Shown piece after piece: positions 37,860-51,770 of a stretch of DNA of 64,000 bases. The position numbers and the translations under genes were made by a program. The stretch's first letter is position 1. Every line of letters begins with the position of its first letter. This stretch comes from Geosiphon pyriformis uo1 (lineage: Eukaryota; Fungi; Glomeromycota): assembly GCA_016748015.1 (NCBI GenBank), contig JAAOMT010000514.1, forward strand, positions 641,365-705,364, read 5' to 3'. The notes under the pieces were generated by a model. The model ran no database searches and was not told the origin of the DNA. It was given only the letters and a program-made list of their open reading frames with translations.

Positions 37860-38990
37860 TTTGAACAATTCTTCTTAGGTTATTGTTATAAGAATGGTAT
37901 CTGTACTTCACAACATTGAGAAAAAGGCATTTAAGCTCTATTCAAAAGCTGTAGAGTCAGGAGATTCATTTGCACAACACAGTCTTACACGATGTTTATA
38001 ATAATGGAATTAGGCTTTCAAAAGATTGAAGAAAAGCATTTGAACTCTATTCAAAAGCAGCAGAGGGAGGAGATTTAGATACACAATACTCTCTTGGACT
38101 TTGTTATGATTATGGATAGGGAATGATGAAAAACTTTGCAAAAGCATCAGAAATCTATTCAAAAGCAGCAGAGGCAGGAAGTTTACTTGCACAATTCACT
38201 ATTGGATGGTGTTATCAAAATGGAGAAGAAATGACCAAAAAAAATTGCTTTCTATTCAATAACAGTAGAGGTGGGAAGTTTACTTGCACAAAACAAACTT
38301 GGAACATATTATTAAAATGGACTGGAAACAATGAAAGATCTAAAAAAAAAAAAGGGAAATCTGAGTCCACAAACCAATATTAGAATATATTGTCAAAATA
38401 AACAAAGAACAGCAAAAAATTTAGAAGCATTTGAATTCTATTCAAAAGCAGAGAGGTGGAAAATCAAAATGCACAATACAACCTTGGATATTGCTATCAA
38501 AATAGATAGGGAACTCTGAAATTTTCTCAAGATAAATAAAATAAGAAATAATTCTTCATATGCTTTTTGGAATCACTAGTGGTCCAATATTTATACATGA
38601 TTCAAATCTGGTGCATGGGAACTTATATTCTTGAAATATCCTTGTTTTGAAAAAAACCCTTAAAAGTCATCATTTTAATCTTGGATTCTGTGTCCTGCCA
38701 ATTACTCTCCACAGTCTAGTAATATTTATGGTGTCATTGAGTATTTTATACCCAAAATTTGTAAGGATTTCTCCTATTAAGTATAGCAATATATACAGCT
38801 TTGCCATTATTTTCTGTGAAATTATTTGGAGAGAAAGAGCTCCGAATAATACAGATCCTATTCACGTGCGATTTGATGCAATTAATGGAAAGTGTCCTAT
38901 ATTCAAACAAAGAGTTATTACTGCTCATGATAATTGTAACTTAAATCAACAAGCCTTAATTCGAAAGAGACATAAAATGCTATCCTAGAT
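37860..38990 (+). pseudogene. Sel1-repeat + protein kinase pseudogene
   Basis: EQFFLGYCYKNGI, YSKAAEAGSLLAQFTIGWCYQNG. Kinase remnants FIHDSNLVHGNLYS*NILVL (HRD-type loop) and SNIYSFAIIFCEI (subdomain IX). Stops and frameshifts. Confidence 0.8.
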
Positions 38991-40139
38991 ATGGCAAAAT
39001 ATAGAGACTGATTGATCTCGAAACCTGAATTTTCTACAAAGCATAAGCTTTTCGTTTATTATATTTAATAGTTCGTAACCTTTCTTGGTTTAATCAACTT
39101 TTTTAAAAGTTGGATTTGGATTTATGCAATTAATGATGATATTTAACTTAGAATAGATAAAAGAATTTCAGAGTGAAATTGGTTCTTGATTTTATATTTA
39201 AAGTATTGTATAGGCTCTTAAATATAGTTTATTTGATATCTACTTTGAGTTTGAAGGTTATTGACTGTAAAGCATTTCCTTATTAATCCTCAAAGGTTAA
39301 ATTAGTATTTAAGTAAATTAAGTCCAAAACGGTTATTTTCTTTTAACATAAAGCATGCTGTAACAAGAGAACATGTAACTTTACATTTCTATTTTAGTAT
39401 AAAATGAAAATTAATAGATCATATGTAACACACACTGAATAAGTATTTTTATATTTAAAATAACAATAAGTTTAAACCCATTAGTTTGTGATTCTATGAC
39501 ATTCTAACATTTTGAACATTCGAATAGTGATTTTGTATAATCACTTATTAAAATACTTTTAAATTAATTTATAGTCCACCCATCCAAAAAATGGAAAAAA
39601 TAACTATTCAAAAGATCTATAATAAATATCCAATTCTATTCGGTAAAATATTGCCGACATAATTGGTATTATAAAAAACCCTTATAAATACAATTAGAGG
39701 TTTATAAAAATAGAGAGATACATGTATTTATTATTCTTAAACTTTGACTTTCTAAATTATTAGAAATTAAAAGGTTTTCATTTAAATTAAAAATAGCAAT
39801 AGGATAATGACAAGCATAGTTTTTGACACAATATAAATAAAGTGAATGAATTTCTAACCTTTTCAGGAATGTGATTTAACAAAATTATAGTTTGAAATCC
39901 TTATTTATTGACAAGAAAAACTCCTTAAAAATCTCTCTTTACCCATACAAAATTGAGAATTTATTTTTTGCCAGAAAATAATTTCTTCAGCTTCATCAAT
40001 TGAAACGTAATTTAATTTTTCGACTGGCTTGAAGGAGCGTTAATTGTCATGAAAAAAAAATTTGATTATTTTCCCACCTAAAAATATATCAATGTTGAAC
40101 AATTTCAATTTTTAATTAACAAATATATATTTATAGTAT

Positions 40140-42570
40140 ATCTATATATCTAAATTACATAGAAAACAAGCCATGCCTTTTTTTTACATTTTCTTTTTGC
40201 TATAGTTTATGGTAAATAACCTAGTTGAAATAATAATAATAATAATAATAATAATATAATAATAATTCTAAGATATTTAATTTGATAAAGCATCATTATT
40301 TTTAAAAAAAGATACATCTTTGAAACAAACTTGGATTACAAATTGTGGAATATCTTCAATAAAGATATTGATGGTACTACCCCAGAAAATTGAATCTTCA
40401 ATTTTTTAGAAATCGGTGCACTGAAAAGTTCCAAGTTTGCATACTTTGAATGTAAAACATTCAGAGCATTAATATTAGCAGCAGATAGTATAGTGAATAA
40501 GGCAGTGGGCTTGCCAAATTGCCGAAACCATACAACATATTCACTATTCATGTTAATTTCATTGGTTATAATATATGCTACCAGTTCTGTGTTGAAAAGT
40601 AAAAGTGTTGCTAAAAAAAATAATACTGCTTAAAGAAACATATACGAATGAATTATCTTTGCTCTTTTTTAAATTTGAAAAATTAAAATTTTAAACTACC
40701 TTGGTAAATATAAAGATCCCACATATTTTCCGTTTTTTTATTGTGAATATGATGTCAACTATAATATCGACTAGAATTACTATAATGGAAACAATTGCAA
40801 AGCTATTACTTTAAATTAGTAAAAGTTATTAAAATATTTATTTAATTTTAAACCTTAAACAATAATAATTATCCCAATATAATGACAAAAAAATTAAATA
40901 CCTTGGGATTTTTTTCTTTTTTCCTATAAAATATAGAGCCGTTAATATTACTGCGATAATAGCAATTGCAATTAGATTAAATTTAATTTCTTTCTAAAAA
41001 TTTGCTAAAAACAAATTATGGTTAAAAAAATATTAAATAATATGTAATTTGAACTTGGAACCCAAAAGTCTCATCTAAAAAGCTCGTGTGTGAATAAACG
41101 CTAATGGGAGTGAACCATTTATTCTCGATTAATGCATTGAGGTCATGTGCAATTTTCATTGAATTTCTAGAATCGCTTTTTGAAGAAATTTGAAGTCGTA
41201 ATATTTCTCGGCCTACTGATTCTGATTTAGATTTATCAGTCTTATGATCAATAATTTTGATACGACTTCTTTCCACTAGAATTTTAAAAGATAATTGATC
41301 TTCAAGTGTTTTGAAAACTTCTCGTTCGTTGTTAATTTTGTTGAAATCCGAGAAATTTGTATTCAGACGTAAGAGTTCAATAGCTTAAATCAACAATAAC
41401 AACAACAACTACAACAACAACAATAAATATTATGTATTTTAGTTAGATAGGGACCTTAGAAATTTTCTAATAAAAAATAAACAATAAAACTTCTTACCCG
41501 CATGTTTGCTTTCTTTTCCATCTAAAGCATTCAAACGAAATGAAAAAACAAACAATAAAATGAATCAATGAATGATTAATCTTTAAAACAAATTTGCCAG
41601 AAAAGAAAAAATCAAAAAATATGTACGTTTACCTGTTTTATATTCATATATTTCTATTAATTCCCTTAATGACTTCATTAAATCGTCGATTCTTTCACAA
41701 AATTATTATTGATGACAATAAAATAATCTTTATCCGGTTGATTAAATGTGATTCTAAAAACATTCACTTTAATAGCTCTACTATCTATATTCACATGACA
41801 ATATTGTGACTTTGCAGAGATACTTTGTCTCAGAATTGGTTCAGTTTCATTGTTTTGATAGATAGAAATATTATTATTTGAAAATGCAATTTCCATGGAA
41901 TAATTAATAGTTATTTCTCGTGCTTCAAATGGAAGGATTTCGTTAAGATGAGAGTATGTACTATAAATAAAAACATTTTCATATCTAGTATCTGTTTAAA
42001 TAATAATAAAATTAATGAAAATCATGAAAATCTACATCATTTTATTTAATCTGACTTAAAAAGAATAGTAAATTTTTAGTATACGGGTTCAGTGTATGGT
42101 TTATTAGCTCATAAGTTGGTGCTTTTAATTAGTGATGTAATCTGAAGGTTTTGGGTTGGTTGAGTTCTTTGTATAATGGACATAGATTTACTGAATTTAG
42201 CTGGCAACACTCGGTGTCTAACTTTTTCGGCGTGATGACTGGTTTATTCTGGTGTTCTTCACCCTTCGGGTAAGCAATCGAATAAATCAATTTTACACTT
42301 ATTTCTGTGTCTTTTACCAGACAATCCTTGACATCATAATCTCAGCACTTTTCTTTTAACCAATTAGTAAACCTAACAAACAAAACAAAAGAGAAGGAAA
42401 TAAATGAAATAATAAAGTAGAAAATTAGTATCCATGATCAAGAGCTATTGTTCCAGCATTGTTAGATCCTGTGTATTAATGCTATTAACATGGGTTGGTA
42501 GTAAGTGATTTCAAACAAGATGAATAATGATTCATCTATTTGTATAGTGAATAATTATGGATGATTTCAT
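40140..42570 (-). pseudogene. Disrupted multi-exon gene for a membrane protein (beta-rich extracellular region + several TM helices)
   Basis: Exon fragments NISIYQ..ILRQS..TFNQPDKDYFIVINNNFVK; DLNALIENKWFTPIS..FLDETFGFQ; hydrophobic exons; LFTILSAANINALNVLHSK..FSAP..IFIEDIPQFVIQ. GT/AG boundaries, frameshifts. Ends are approximate. Confidence 0.65.
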
Positions 42571-45235
42571 TAGAAGAGAATTTACTTCAAGTGCTAGATT
42601 CCTAACTGTTGAAGTTACTTGGTAAGATCTGATGAGAAGCTTGTTGTTTTTTTGCTTTTAATGCTACTGCTATATATACATAAATCTTTGTGATAAGAGA
42701 TTCTTGGAATCTCTAGTACTTAAAAGTTGTATTTAATTACAATAATAATAATAATAATAATAATAATATTTTATTATTATTAAATCATTCAAAATATTAT
42801 ATGTTGTAATATAATTACTATAATGAAGAGTATAATAAATAAAAACAATATAATTATATTAAATATAATTTATTTAATTGTGAAAATCTTAAAGATTCTA
42901 ATAGGCTTAATGAGATGAAGCAATATAACAGCTTGGGTTTTGTTCGATAATGGTTCTCCACTTTCTTCGAATAAAAGTAATGCGCGGTATTAAGTATCTT
43001 AAAAAATTTAAAGAGGCAACTGACGTGATGATATGGCAAAATCGTAAACTTATTTGATTAGTTATAGTATGATTATAAATAGTTAAATATTCTTTGTAAA
43101 ACGAAATAAAAACTCATGAATCAATAAAATCTTTTATCATAAAATAAATAGTAATCAAGATCAAAGTTATCTAATAAAAAGATATTCTCTCTAATTATTT
43201 TTTAACAAACTCAATATTAGATTTATCTTAATTTTTTTTATATTTTTAACCATTTCGAAATAAGATTAAAGTTGACAGAAAATTGTTAATGAAATGAAAA
43301 TTATATTTTTAAAAAATTTATTAAATATTGTACCATTTATTTTATTTTGATTATGTATAGATTTTATAGATAATATAAACTCAATTAAAAATTAAGCTAA
43401 TATAAAACAAAAAAAGAAAAGATTATTATTTTTTTCGATTGAGGACAAATATTTTCGATATCTATTTTTTTAATAAAATATGGCAAAAGTAGTTAATATT
43501 TATGTCACAAAATTTTATATTAATTTAAAAGATAGTCTCAATTATTTATCAAGAAAACTAGTTAATAAAAGATTTACAATTCATTGTATTAAGATCTTTA
43601 GTGGAAAACTCAATATATTCCCATTGTTGTCCTTTTAAAAAGTATCCCCTAGATTTTGTATCATCTTTTCAATATCAGCATTCAAAAAAATTTAATTTTC
43701 AGTTTTTTTTTTAAGATGAAATAGAAAAATTCCTCCTATTAAGGTTTTCAATATTACGAGGGTCTCGAACATTTTCTTGGTATTTTGGCAAATACATCCA
43801 ATTATAGGAATTACAATGCCCCATTTACAAAATGCCTTTTAAACTAATTTATTCTGCTTTCTATTCATATCTATCATACATTGTCACTGCATAAATTTGA
43901 AAATCTCGTTTTTGTGAGTTCACATTTGGCGAATGTGTCCTTTATTTGTTTATCTATATTTGTAAATTATATAAGCATCTAAAAAAGGAAATATCCGTAA
44001 TAATCATGTGTCGGAGAAAAAATATTAAAATTTCCTATTTTAATACTGTGTTTTGTATTCCACTCCACTGAAATTGTATACCTTGTTTTCAAAGTTGATC
44101 AAGATGAAATGAGATGATGTTGTGACTTAAATAAAGTCGATTTAAAACTATATTCCTATTTTGGTATTATCGAATACTAGAAAAGGGTATATAAAGAAAT
44201 TATTATAATTTCCCTAATTTGTGATATTTAAAAAAAGGGGAGGTTTTAGAGTTTAGCTAGTATGGCATTCATATCGGGCTTTAAACTCACTTACTTTTAA
44301 TTGAATAAAAAACGTGATACTTATAACTTTTTTGGTTGGTTTAAACTTGGTTATTCTAAAAATAGTGTTTTTCTGATAATTAGACTTAGTATAATGGGTT
44401 GGTTTGACAAAATAATTCTGCTTTTGACTAATTCATTTTGGCGTCAATTTCCCCTTTTTTTACTCATTCAAATTTTTTTATACTTTTAATTTTCTTCCTT
44501 ACTCTCTTGCCATGTAGCCTAAAAAACTTCTTTGGCTCGTTTTGATCCGGGCTTTTTACTACTAGCATCCTATTAAATTATTATAAAAGGTATCAACCAA
44601 TCAATCAATCTACTTTACTAATCACACCTATCAGCCCTTCAAAGTCATTATCAGATTAATTTCCCAAATTCCCCTTTCACGTAGGTATGTCTTAAAATTT
44701 CCCAATACCTTCCCCTCCTTGAATATTACCATTATTTTAGCTTATATTCATGAAGGACCCTACAAAATAGGTATTCTCAATATTAAAGGCTGAATCACCT
44801 CTAGTCGAAGAAAACTACTGTATTACTTCGGAAACTGTAGCGAATACAATAGTCCTTCTTTCATAGACAATACACGTATTTAAATTTTATATGACAAAAC
44901 AATATAAATGCAGCTTGCTTCAATGGCGGAATTAAATCTAACTAATATTCCGTTACATAAGGTAACAAGAAAAGGAATTGCCAAAGATAATCTATTATAA
45001 AAAATAACATTAAAACCTAAATTGCCGTGTGCACTTAAAAACATGTTTTATTTTCTCATTAAAGCTAAGAACGGCTTGATTCGTCAATACACTACTTGAA
45101 TAAGTATAAAGGAAACCAGCTAGCAGCATACTCCTAAACAAACATCATCAGAATACTCTAAAGATTTTACTCATTTAGGCTCTTATTCTCGTTTCCCGAA
45201 TATTGGGATTTTTGCTAGTAGAATATCAAATAAGA

Positions 45236-46205
45236 ATGAACTTAATATTACGAAAACAGTGCTTACCCGTCTGGCTCTTGTTTCCTACTACATTCCTCTT
45301 ATTAATCGTCTTTCCATCCCAAGCAATAGCACAATGTTTTGATTACGATTCACTGGATATGAAAAATAGGAAACAAGTCTATTGTCCATTAGTCACAGAT
45401 TTCAAATCATCTTTAGAAAAGCAAGAAAAATTACTGACTGTGGCCAATTCGACTAATAAGATGTGTATAAGAGACAGATCCACAAGCACTCGTAAAACAA
45501 TTCGGTTATAATACGCACCAAGAATTCAAAGCATATGATATTTTTGCAGAATTTAATTCTAAAATAAATTTCTGGTTTGACAGTGATCCAAATCCAATCA
45601 AAGCAACACAGACAGACTTTTTATCAGTCATAGTTCATGAATTGATGCACGGCTTAGGGTTTTTTTCAGGTTGGAGCAATTACTTGGGCGATGAAACTGA
45701 AGCTTTGATACCGTACCCAATTTATACATTAAAGAACGGCTGCAGTCAATTTATTGAAATGGCTTTCGACCAGTATATGATTGTGATTCCACAAAACCGT
45801 AATGTCAAGTCATACACAGATATATTGAATAAATTCTCAACAAATTCCTGCACAGAATTCAGTAGTTTAAAAAGTTTTAGGAATGCATTTGAAAAATTAC
45901 CACAATATGATACTGCAAAAACAATGTATAAACATTCTATCACCAAGAATTCTCTCGGATTTTTGCCGCGAGGAACAAAAGATATTAAGGATTCCCTTAT
46001 CCTTGAGACTGGTCTCGGTACATATCAACGAGGATCAAGTATAAGTCATGTGGATTACCAAACTTATACAAATTCAAGTGATTTCTTGATGACATTTATG
46101 CAAGATGACGGTGTTTCCTTACAAGACGCTATTTTGGCTGGTGGCAATTATAAAGGGGGAGCAATCGGACCGAAGTTGAAGATGGTTTTAGAAACTTTAT
46201 GGTAA
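45236..46205 (+). CDS. Secreted zinc metalloprotease-like protein (HELMHGLGF), assembly-interrupted
   Basis: N-terminal hydrophobic leader (CLPVWLLFPTTFLLLIVFPSQAIA). After the adapter, PQALVKQ..YDIFAEFNS..FWF..DFLSVIVHELMHGLGFFSGW...GSSISHVD..DFLM is open up to ETLW*. Confidence 0.75.
45459..45477 (+). other. Tn5 mosaic end / Nextera adapter AGATGTGTATAAGAGACAG (library artefact)
   Basis: Exact 19/19 match to the Tn5 ME. The reading frame of the host gene shifts at this point. Confidence 0.95.
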
Positions 46206-46271
46206 ATAGATTTCTTCATATTTGATATTTAAAAAATATAACAAATTTTTGATATATATTTCTTTTATCAG

Positions 46272-46506
46272 ATATGCAACACAAGATAATCCCAACCCAT
46301 AAAGGCCGCCTCCATCCACACCGCCTCCATCGAACAGCGTTGATGTATCTTCATTTGCAACCCCATCCAGACTGCCTCCATCAAACAGCGTTGATGTATC
46401 CTCATCTGCAACCTTTTATAAACTATTGGAAGGTTCCTCATTCCATTGGTTTATAATTTCTTTCGTGCTTTCAAGATGGTTCTCGTCAAAAATTCTTCGA
46501 TTATGA
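46272..46506 (+). pseudogene. Dead terminal exon of the metalloprotease gene (Pro/Ser linker + hydrophobic tail)
   Basis: GT (46202)...AG (46271) intron. Exon reads YATQDNPNP*RPPPSTPPPSNSVDVSS...FHWFIISFVLSRWF...*, with an internal 51-bp duplication. Confidence 0.6.
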
Positions 46507-49006
46507 TAAATCTTAGCAAAAGTGATGAAAATATTTAATGGGTAGCTCTTGAACTACTTTTGCTGTAAATTTTCTAAGATGGGATTATTAGTCATATTTT
46601 GTTATAGTGGGGTATTTTTTTGGCTTGGAGTTTTATGGAATTTCTTTAGCATATGTATTGTTAGGTTATTGTATTGTTTTTAAATATCACAAACTTTTTT
46701 TAATTAAATCAGGGGGACTTTATGGTTTTTTTAAACTTTGTATTTCTATTTTAATCAATAGAAATTGTTTATTATTGTTCTAAATGAAAAATTTGAATTA
46801 TTTATCAAATAAAAATTATTTATTATATTTAATATAAAAACTTAACTTGTGACATATTTCAAGACTCATCATTAAAATGCGATAATTTTGAATATGATTT
46901 TAAAGTTTTTAATTATGAAAATTTTTTCAGTCTAAAAAATATTTTTATAAATGATTTGTTGTGAAAAGTGGTATTTGATTTTCAATTTTTTTTCTAGTAT
47001 AGTATTAATATTTTCAACTTTCTTTTTATTTTTAAATATAACTGATTAATAATAATCACTATTTAGATAAATCTTTTTTAATAATAATAATTTTAAAATC
47101 ACATATTTCGGTTTTTTATTCTGTGTGAAAAGGTAATCAAAGTTTCGATAGTTCATCAAATAAGCATATTTTACATATTTTAAAATTGATGCTGCCTAGA
47201 TTTGATCTTATAAACATACTTAGTGTAATTTGAAAATGTTAAATTTTACAAGCTAAATATATTGAAAACTAAAAAATCTTTCTCTCCCAACTAACAATAT
47301 TTTTTTAATTATAAGTATTAGATAGTTATTTAAGCATAAAAATAATCTTTTTTTAAAGAAACTTATAGCTTCAATATCATATACAGTGTGTTCCAAAATA
47401 CTTAAAAATTAACAAGTAAAAGTACTATAAATAAAAGTTTTGCAATTTTTATACATGTGATAAATTCCATTCCCATTATTTCCAAAGTGAAATTAATTTG
47501 CAGTTTTGAATATTAGAAATCAATCTGTCAGTAAAAGAAACGTAACAAGCCAAAGTTATTATACTTTTAGAATGAAGGTGAGCGTTCTGTCTCAAAATTT
47601 AGTAAACTTAATAAACTACCTATCTCAACTGTATGATAAAATGTCAAAAAAGAGAAAAAATTAAGCTCAGGGAAAAATTCCTACTAAACTGAATACAGAA
47701 GGAGTGTAAAAATTTATGAATTAAGAAAAGATTTTAAATCCCTTTGTTTTTTAAGTAGAAAAAAAATTATTTCAAAGTTTTACTCATTTTTTAATAACTA
47801 ACCTAAATATTTTTAATAAAAAGCGAATACTCTTAATTTTCAACTATAGAATAACAGATTTATCAATAAAACATATCTTATTTTATAAAAAATTAAAACG
47901 TTTTTGTGTTTAGGTAATTTTTTGACGTTTTCTGTTAACTGATAAAAAAAACTTCATATATAAAGTTCTTACTTTAAAGACTTTTATGCATTACCCTATC
48001 ACTAAAAAAACGGCTAATAGAATATACATAATAAAATATAAAAGTATTCTTATAATCAATTTATTTAAATCAAATTGAGCCTTATTTTAGCTTATATTCA
48101 GTTTTAATCATACATACATATATTATTAAGGACTTTATGAATTATAAAAGTTGCGTTTATTATCGGCAAGCTATAAAAATTCAAATAAAAATTGTAGCAA
48201 AAGATTAATTGTACATTATTTAATTTCTTAATGAAAAATAAGATCGTGTAGAAATTACCAGCCAATCTTACTTATCACAATGTTTTCTTGATTCTCCCTA
48301 CTATTTAAAGGTGTTATTTCAATATTCGAAAATTTTAATTGATTTATCCCTAGAACAGAAGCCTAAAATTTTTTTTAATTATCATATGATAAGGTATTCC
48401 GTTTTAAATTGTGTAACGAAAAATTTACATAGCTTTGGTGTGTGTAGAATATCAAATCACTTCTTGATTTTTAATTTCCGAATCATTATATTTAATGTTT
48501 ACCATTTAAAAAAAAAACTAGAATAAATCCAGAAATTTATTTTGAATTATGAAAAAATACCTTCGTTTTAAAAAATAGCATTTAGAAAAAATTATTTGCT
48601 TGTCTCAAAGCTGAGGTTATACTTTGATTGAAACTTTCAAGTTTTTTTATTGAATATTTATTAAAGCTATATTGTTTTATTTCGATACCCAGTAAAAAAC
48701 TAAACACCATCTGAATTTTATAACCTTAATTAACGGGAAATGTATTTATGCATTTAAAATTTATATTTCTAGCTAAAAGCGTTTATGGTTCTAGCCTGTG
48801 ATAAAAATCTAAAATTTAGATATCTATTTTTGTTAGAACGACTTTAAAGTTCCCAAAGTATTCTTGATCTTTAAAATAGATTAACTTTTATTAATTGCAA
48901 TTTCTTGTGAAGCTCAAAATATTATCCTATAGAATATTCTGACAGTTGAAATTCTTTAGTTAGTAGTCATCCGAATATGTTATAAAAAAATTGAATAAAA
49001 CAAACT

Positions 49007-50799
49007 TTATCTTTTTATAATTTGAAAAACTTCATACTCCTCGATAAAGAAATCCATCAGTTGATTTTCTGACTCAGGCATTATAATCTGCTATCTTTCT
49101 ACAAAAGCACCCTGGACGACTTTTAAAGTCATTGACATACAACCAAATAATGCCATCTCCAAAAAAGGGTCCATGATTTGACCCACCATAAGGTTCATAT
49201 CTGCGAATAAATTTGCCAAGTTTAGCATTTCCAGCTTTGCCATCTTCAAGTGAAAAAATAAAACTTTCTTTTCCATCCAAATATTTATTCTTAGAATGCC
49301 ACCAATTATGGGTTATAGCCACCAATTAGCTGACCAGTTCCTTTCACTTTGATTACGCTGACTGTTGCTCCTTTATTATCACATAGTCGATGAAAATCAG
49401 CTGGAGTGAATCCATCTTGAATGCCTCGAAGTAACAAATTAAATTAATTTCCAAGTTAATCTTCAAAATTACTATTGCCTTGAATCCAATCATCAAGCTG
49501 TTTTATATTATGCGATTTAAGAAGCTTTGAATCAATGTTTGATCGTAATGCCTGAGCGTCTACCAGACAATTGTTGACTACCCGATACGAGACAATGATG
49601 TAAAAGATCTTCATATAAAGCTCCAGGTAAGATTCTAGCAAACGAAATTAGCTAAAATTAATAAAAAAAATGGAAGAAAAGCTCAAAGCTTGAGGTTTGA
49701 ATGTGACTGACTAAAAATATTTTGAGTTTATTTTATTAAGGATGACTTTATTGTGCTAAAAATAGTTTTAAAAAGATATATAATAAATATATAATAAATA
49801 TATAATAAATATATAATATTAAAGAGTCGTATTTAACACCCTTTCCTTGAAAATAATAATAATAATATAATTTTCAGAATCTCAGTTATCGAAGGAAAAC
49901 AAATTTTTCATCGTTGCTTATGTCTTTCAACTAATCATCGAGTATTTGGCCGGGTATTTATTTTATCCTTAAATGGTTTTACTTTGTGATAGAAGTCAAC
50001 TGAAGATATGGTAAAGAAGCGGATTGAATGTAGAAATCTTTCAATGGATTCCTTAAAGGCGTTAAAGTTTTGATCTCTCCAGTAAAGAGCTTCTATCATC
50101 CGAATATTATTATTATCCAATTTAGCAACTCCCCATTCCACAATCTTTTCCCATATTTCAGATTCTTCTATATTTAGATAATCTCTGGTTAAAATTAAGG
50201 AAAGAACATTTTCACTAAAGGAGGTAAAATCTTGGGAGTTGAAGACTATGGCTGGATTTTTAGCAGCTATTTCTGTGCAGAAGTTTTGTAACTTTTTGAA
50301 AAAATCATACATTAATGACGTTCTCTGCAAAGTGCCGAAATTTTCTTCTAGTTCTTTTGCACGGTGTTCAATCAAATGGTCTTCAAGAGGATCAATGAGA
50401 TTCTTTAGAATAAGTTCGTAAGCGGTAACAAGCATTTCATGTTTAACAAGAGAGATCTCCCCGTTATAAATATATTTGTACAGGAAAATAAAATATAAAT
50501 TTATGTTGGCCAAAATACTTTGAAGCTAATGAAAACCCTTACCTGAGAATTATTTCAAAAATATTAGGTGAAATATTAGGTTCAGTGAAGATAATGGCAT
50601 TGTTTTCCCTTTTAACCCAATTACTAGAGAGTGCTACAGTAAAATATGGTAATCTTGCTGATAAAATTTGCGAATGAGCATGAAAAGTTCTTATATTGGG
50701 CGCTTCTACAATAAAAATTTTAACATCAGAAAATTTATGACTATATAGTAAATTCCAGAAATCATTAGATAGAGCGTGAAAGAATTGTTTGGGTGCCAT
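49007..50799 (-). pseudogene. BTB/POZ-BACK-TLDc protein pseudogene
   Basis: BTB: SDVKIFI..FHAHSQILSARLPYF..PNISPNIFEIILR|YIYNG. BACK: EESEIWEKIVEWG. TLDc: LLLRGIQDGFTPADFHRLCDNKGATV..IGGYNP..ESFIFS..EEYEVFQI*. Intron 1 acceptor reads AA rather than AG, and the TLDc part has stops and frameshifts. Confidence 0.85.
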
Positions 50800-51399
50800 T
50801 GATAAAGTATGAGAAATCAGTGAGATCCTTTCACACAAAGTACAGATTATTTTATTACCCCAAAATGAGTGAAACTTTTGGTTTCAAAAAGTCTAAATAT
50901 ATCAAAAAAAATTAATTTTAATAATGAGCTTTAGAAGTTAGCTATCACTTTTGTATTCTTTATATTAGAGGATACGATAAAATGATAGAATGCTAAAAAC
51001 ATATTTATCATTTATTGTTTATATTATTTCTTAAAACTCCCATCCAACAATGAGAAAATATTAAGTCTCTAGTAATATTTAATATTATGATGATACCCTG
51101 ATATAGAGGTAACCCCACTATTCAATTAAATTACTTAGAATTACCATACAAGATTGCAAGATTGTCCTTCTTGTTTTGAATACTAAGATAAAGAATAAAT
51201 AAAAAACTTCAGAATAATTCTGCTATAAAAAGTTGAACATTATTAAACGGTCTGCTACTTGTATTAAACCATTAACATTAAAAAATATAGTAGTTATTTA
51301 AAAAGAATAGTTGTAGTGAAAATTTTATTATTGATAATGTTCTAGGTCCAGTTCTGGAAATTAAAAAATTCTAGCAATAAGATGCCAAAACATCTGTTT

Positions 51400-51770
51400 A
51401 ACGCCGAAATCTCATCTAAAATCAAACTCCATTGGTTGTAACTCTTTTGTGATTCCATAGCATTCAATAATATATTCGCAGTAGGCATGACAAAAATGCG
51501 CAACTATTCCAATACGATCTTCAATGTTACAAGGAAATAGCGAAAATAAAAACAAAATAGTTTCTTGAAAGAAAATACATCAGCTCAATTTATATCTTCG
51601 ATCTTTTGGCTGTCTATAAGACATTTCAAAAGAAATTTTCTTAACTTCATTTTGTTTCCCCGAAATAGAATCCTGTCTCTCTCTTATATACCCTTAATAA
51701 TAAAAAATTCTCCCGTTCCCACTTGATCTAAAAATATTTTTTTGTGAGAGAAACCCATCTATACAGTAAT
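51400..51770 (-). pseudogene. Protein kinase N-terminal remnant
   Basis: Minus-strand fragments C..FL..RSSGN..I and EYIIECYGITK resemble the WTSGN and IIxCYGIT motifs of Glomeromycotina kinases. Confidence 0.4.

Noticed and set aside
40229-42767. (AAT)n and (AAC)n microsatellites at ~40229, ~41390 and ~42741
   Set aside because: Ordinary short simple repeats in AT-rich DNA.
51673-51692. Second Tn5 mosaic-end-like string CTGTCTCTCTCTTATATAC
   Set aside because: Not an exact match to CTGTCTCTTATACACATCT; probably chance.
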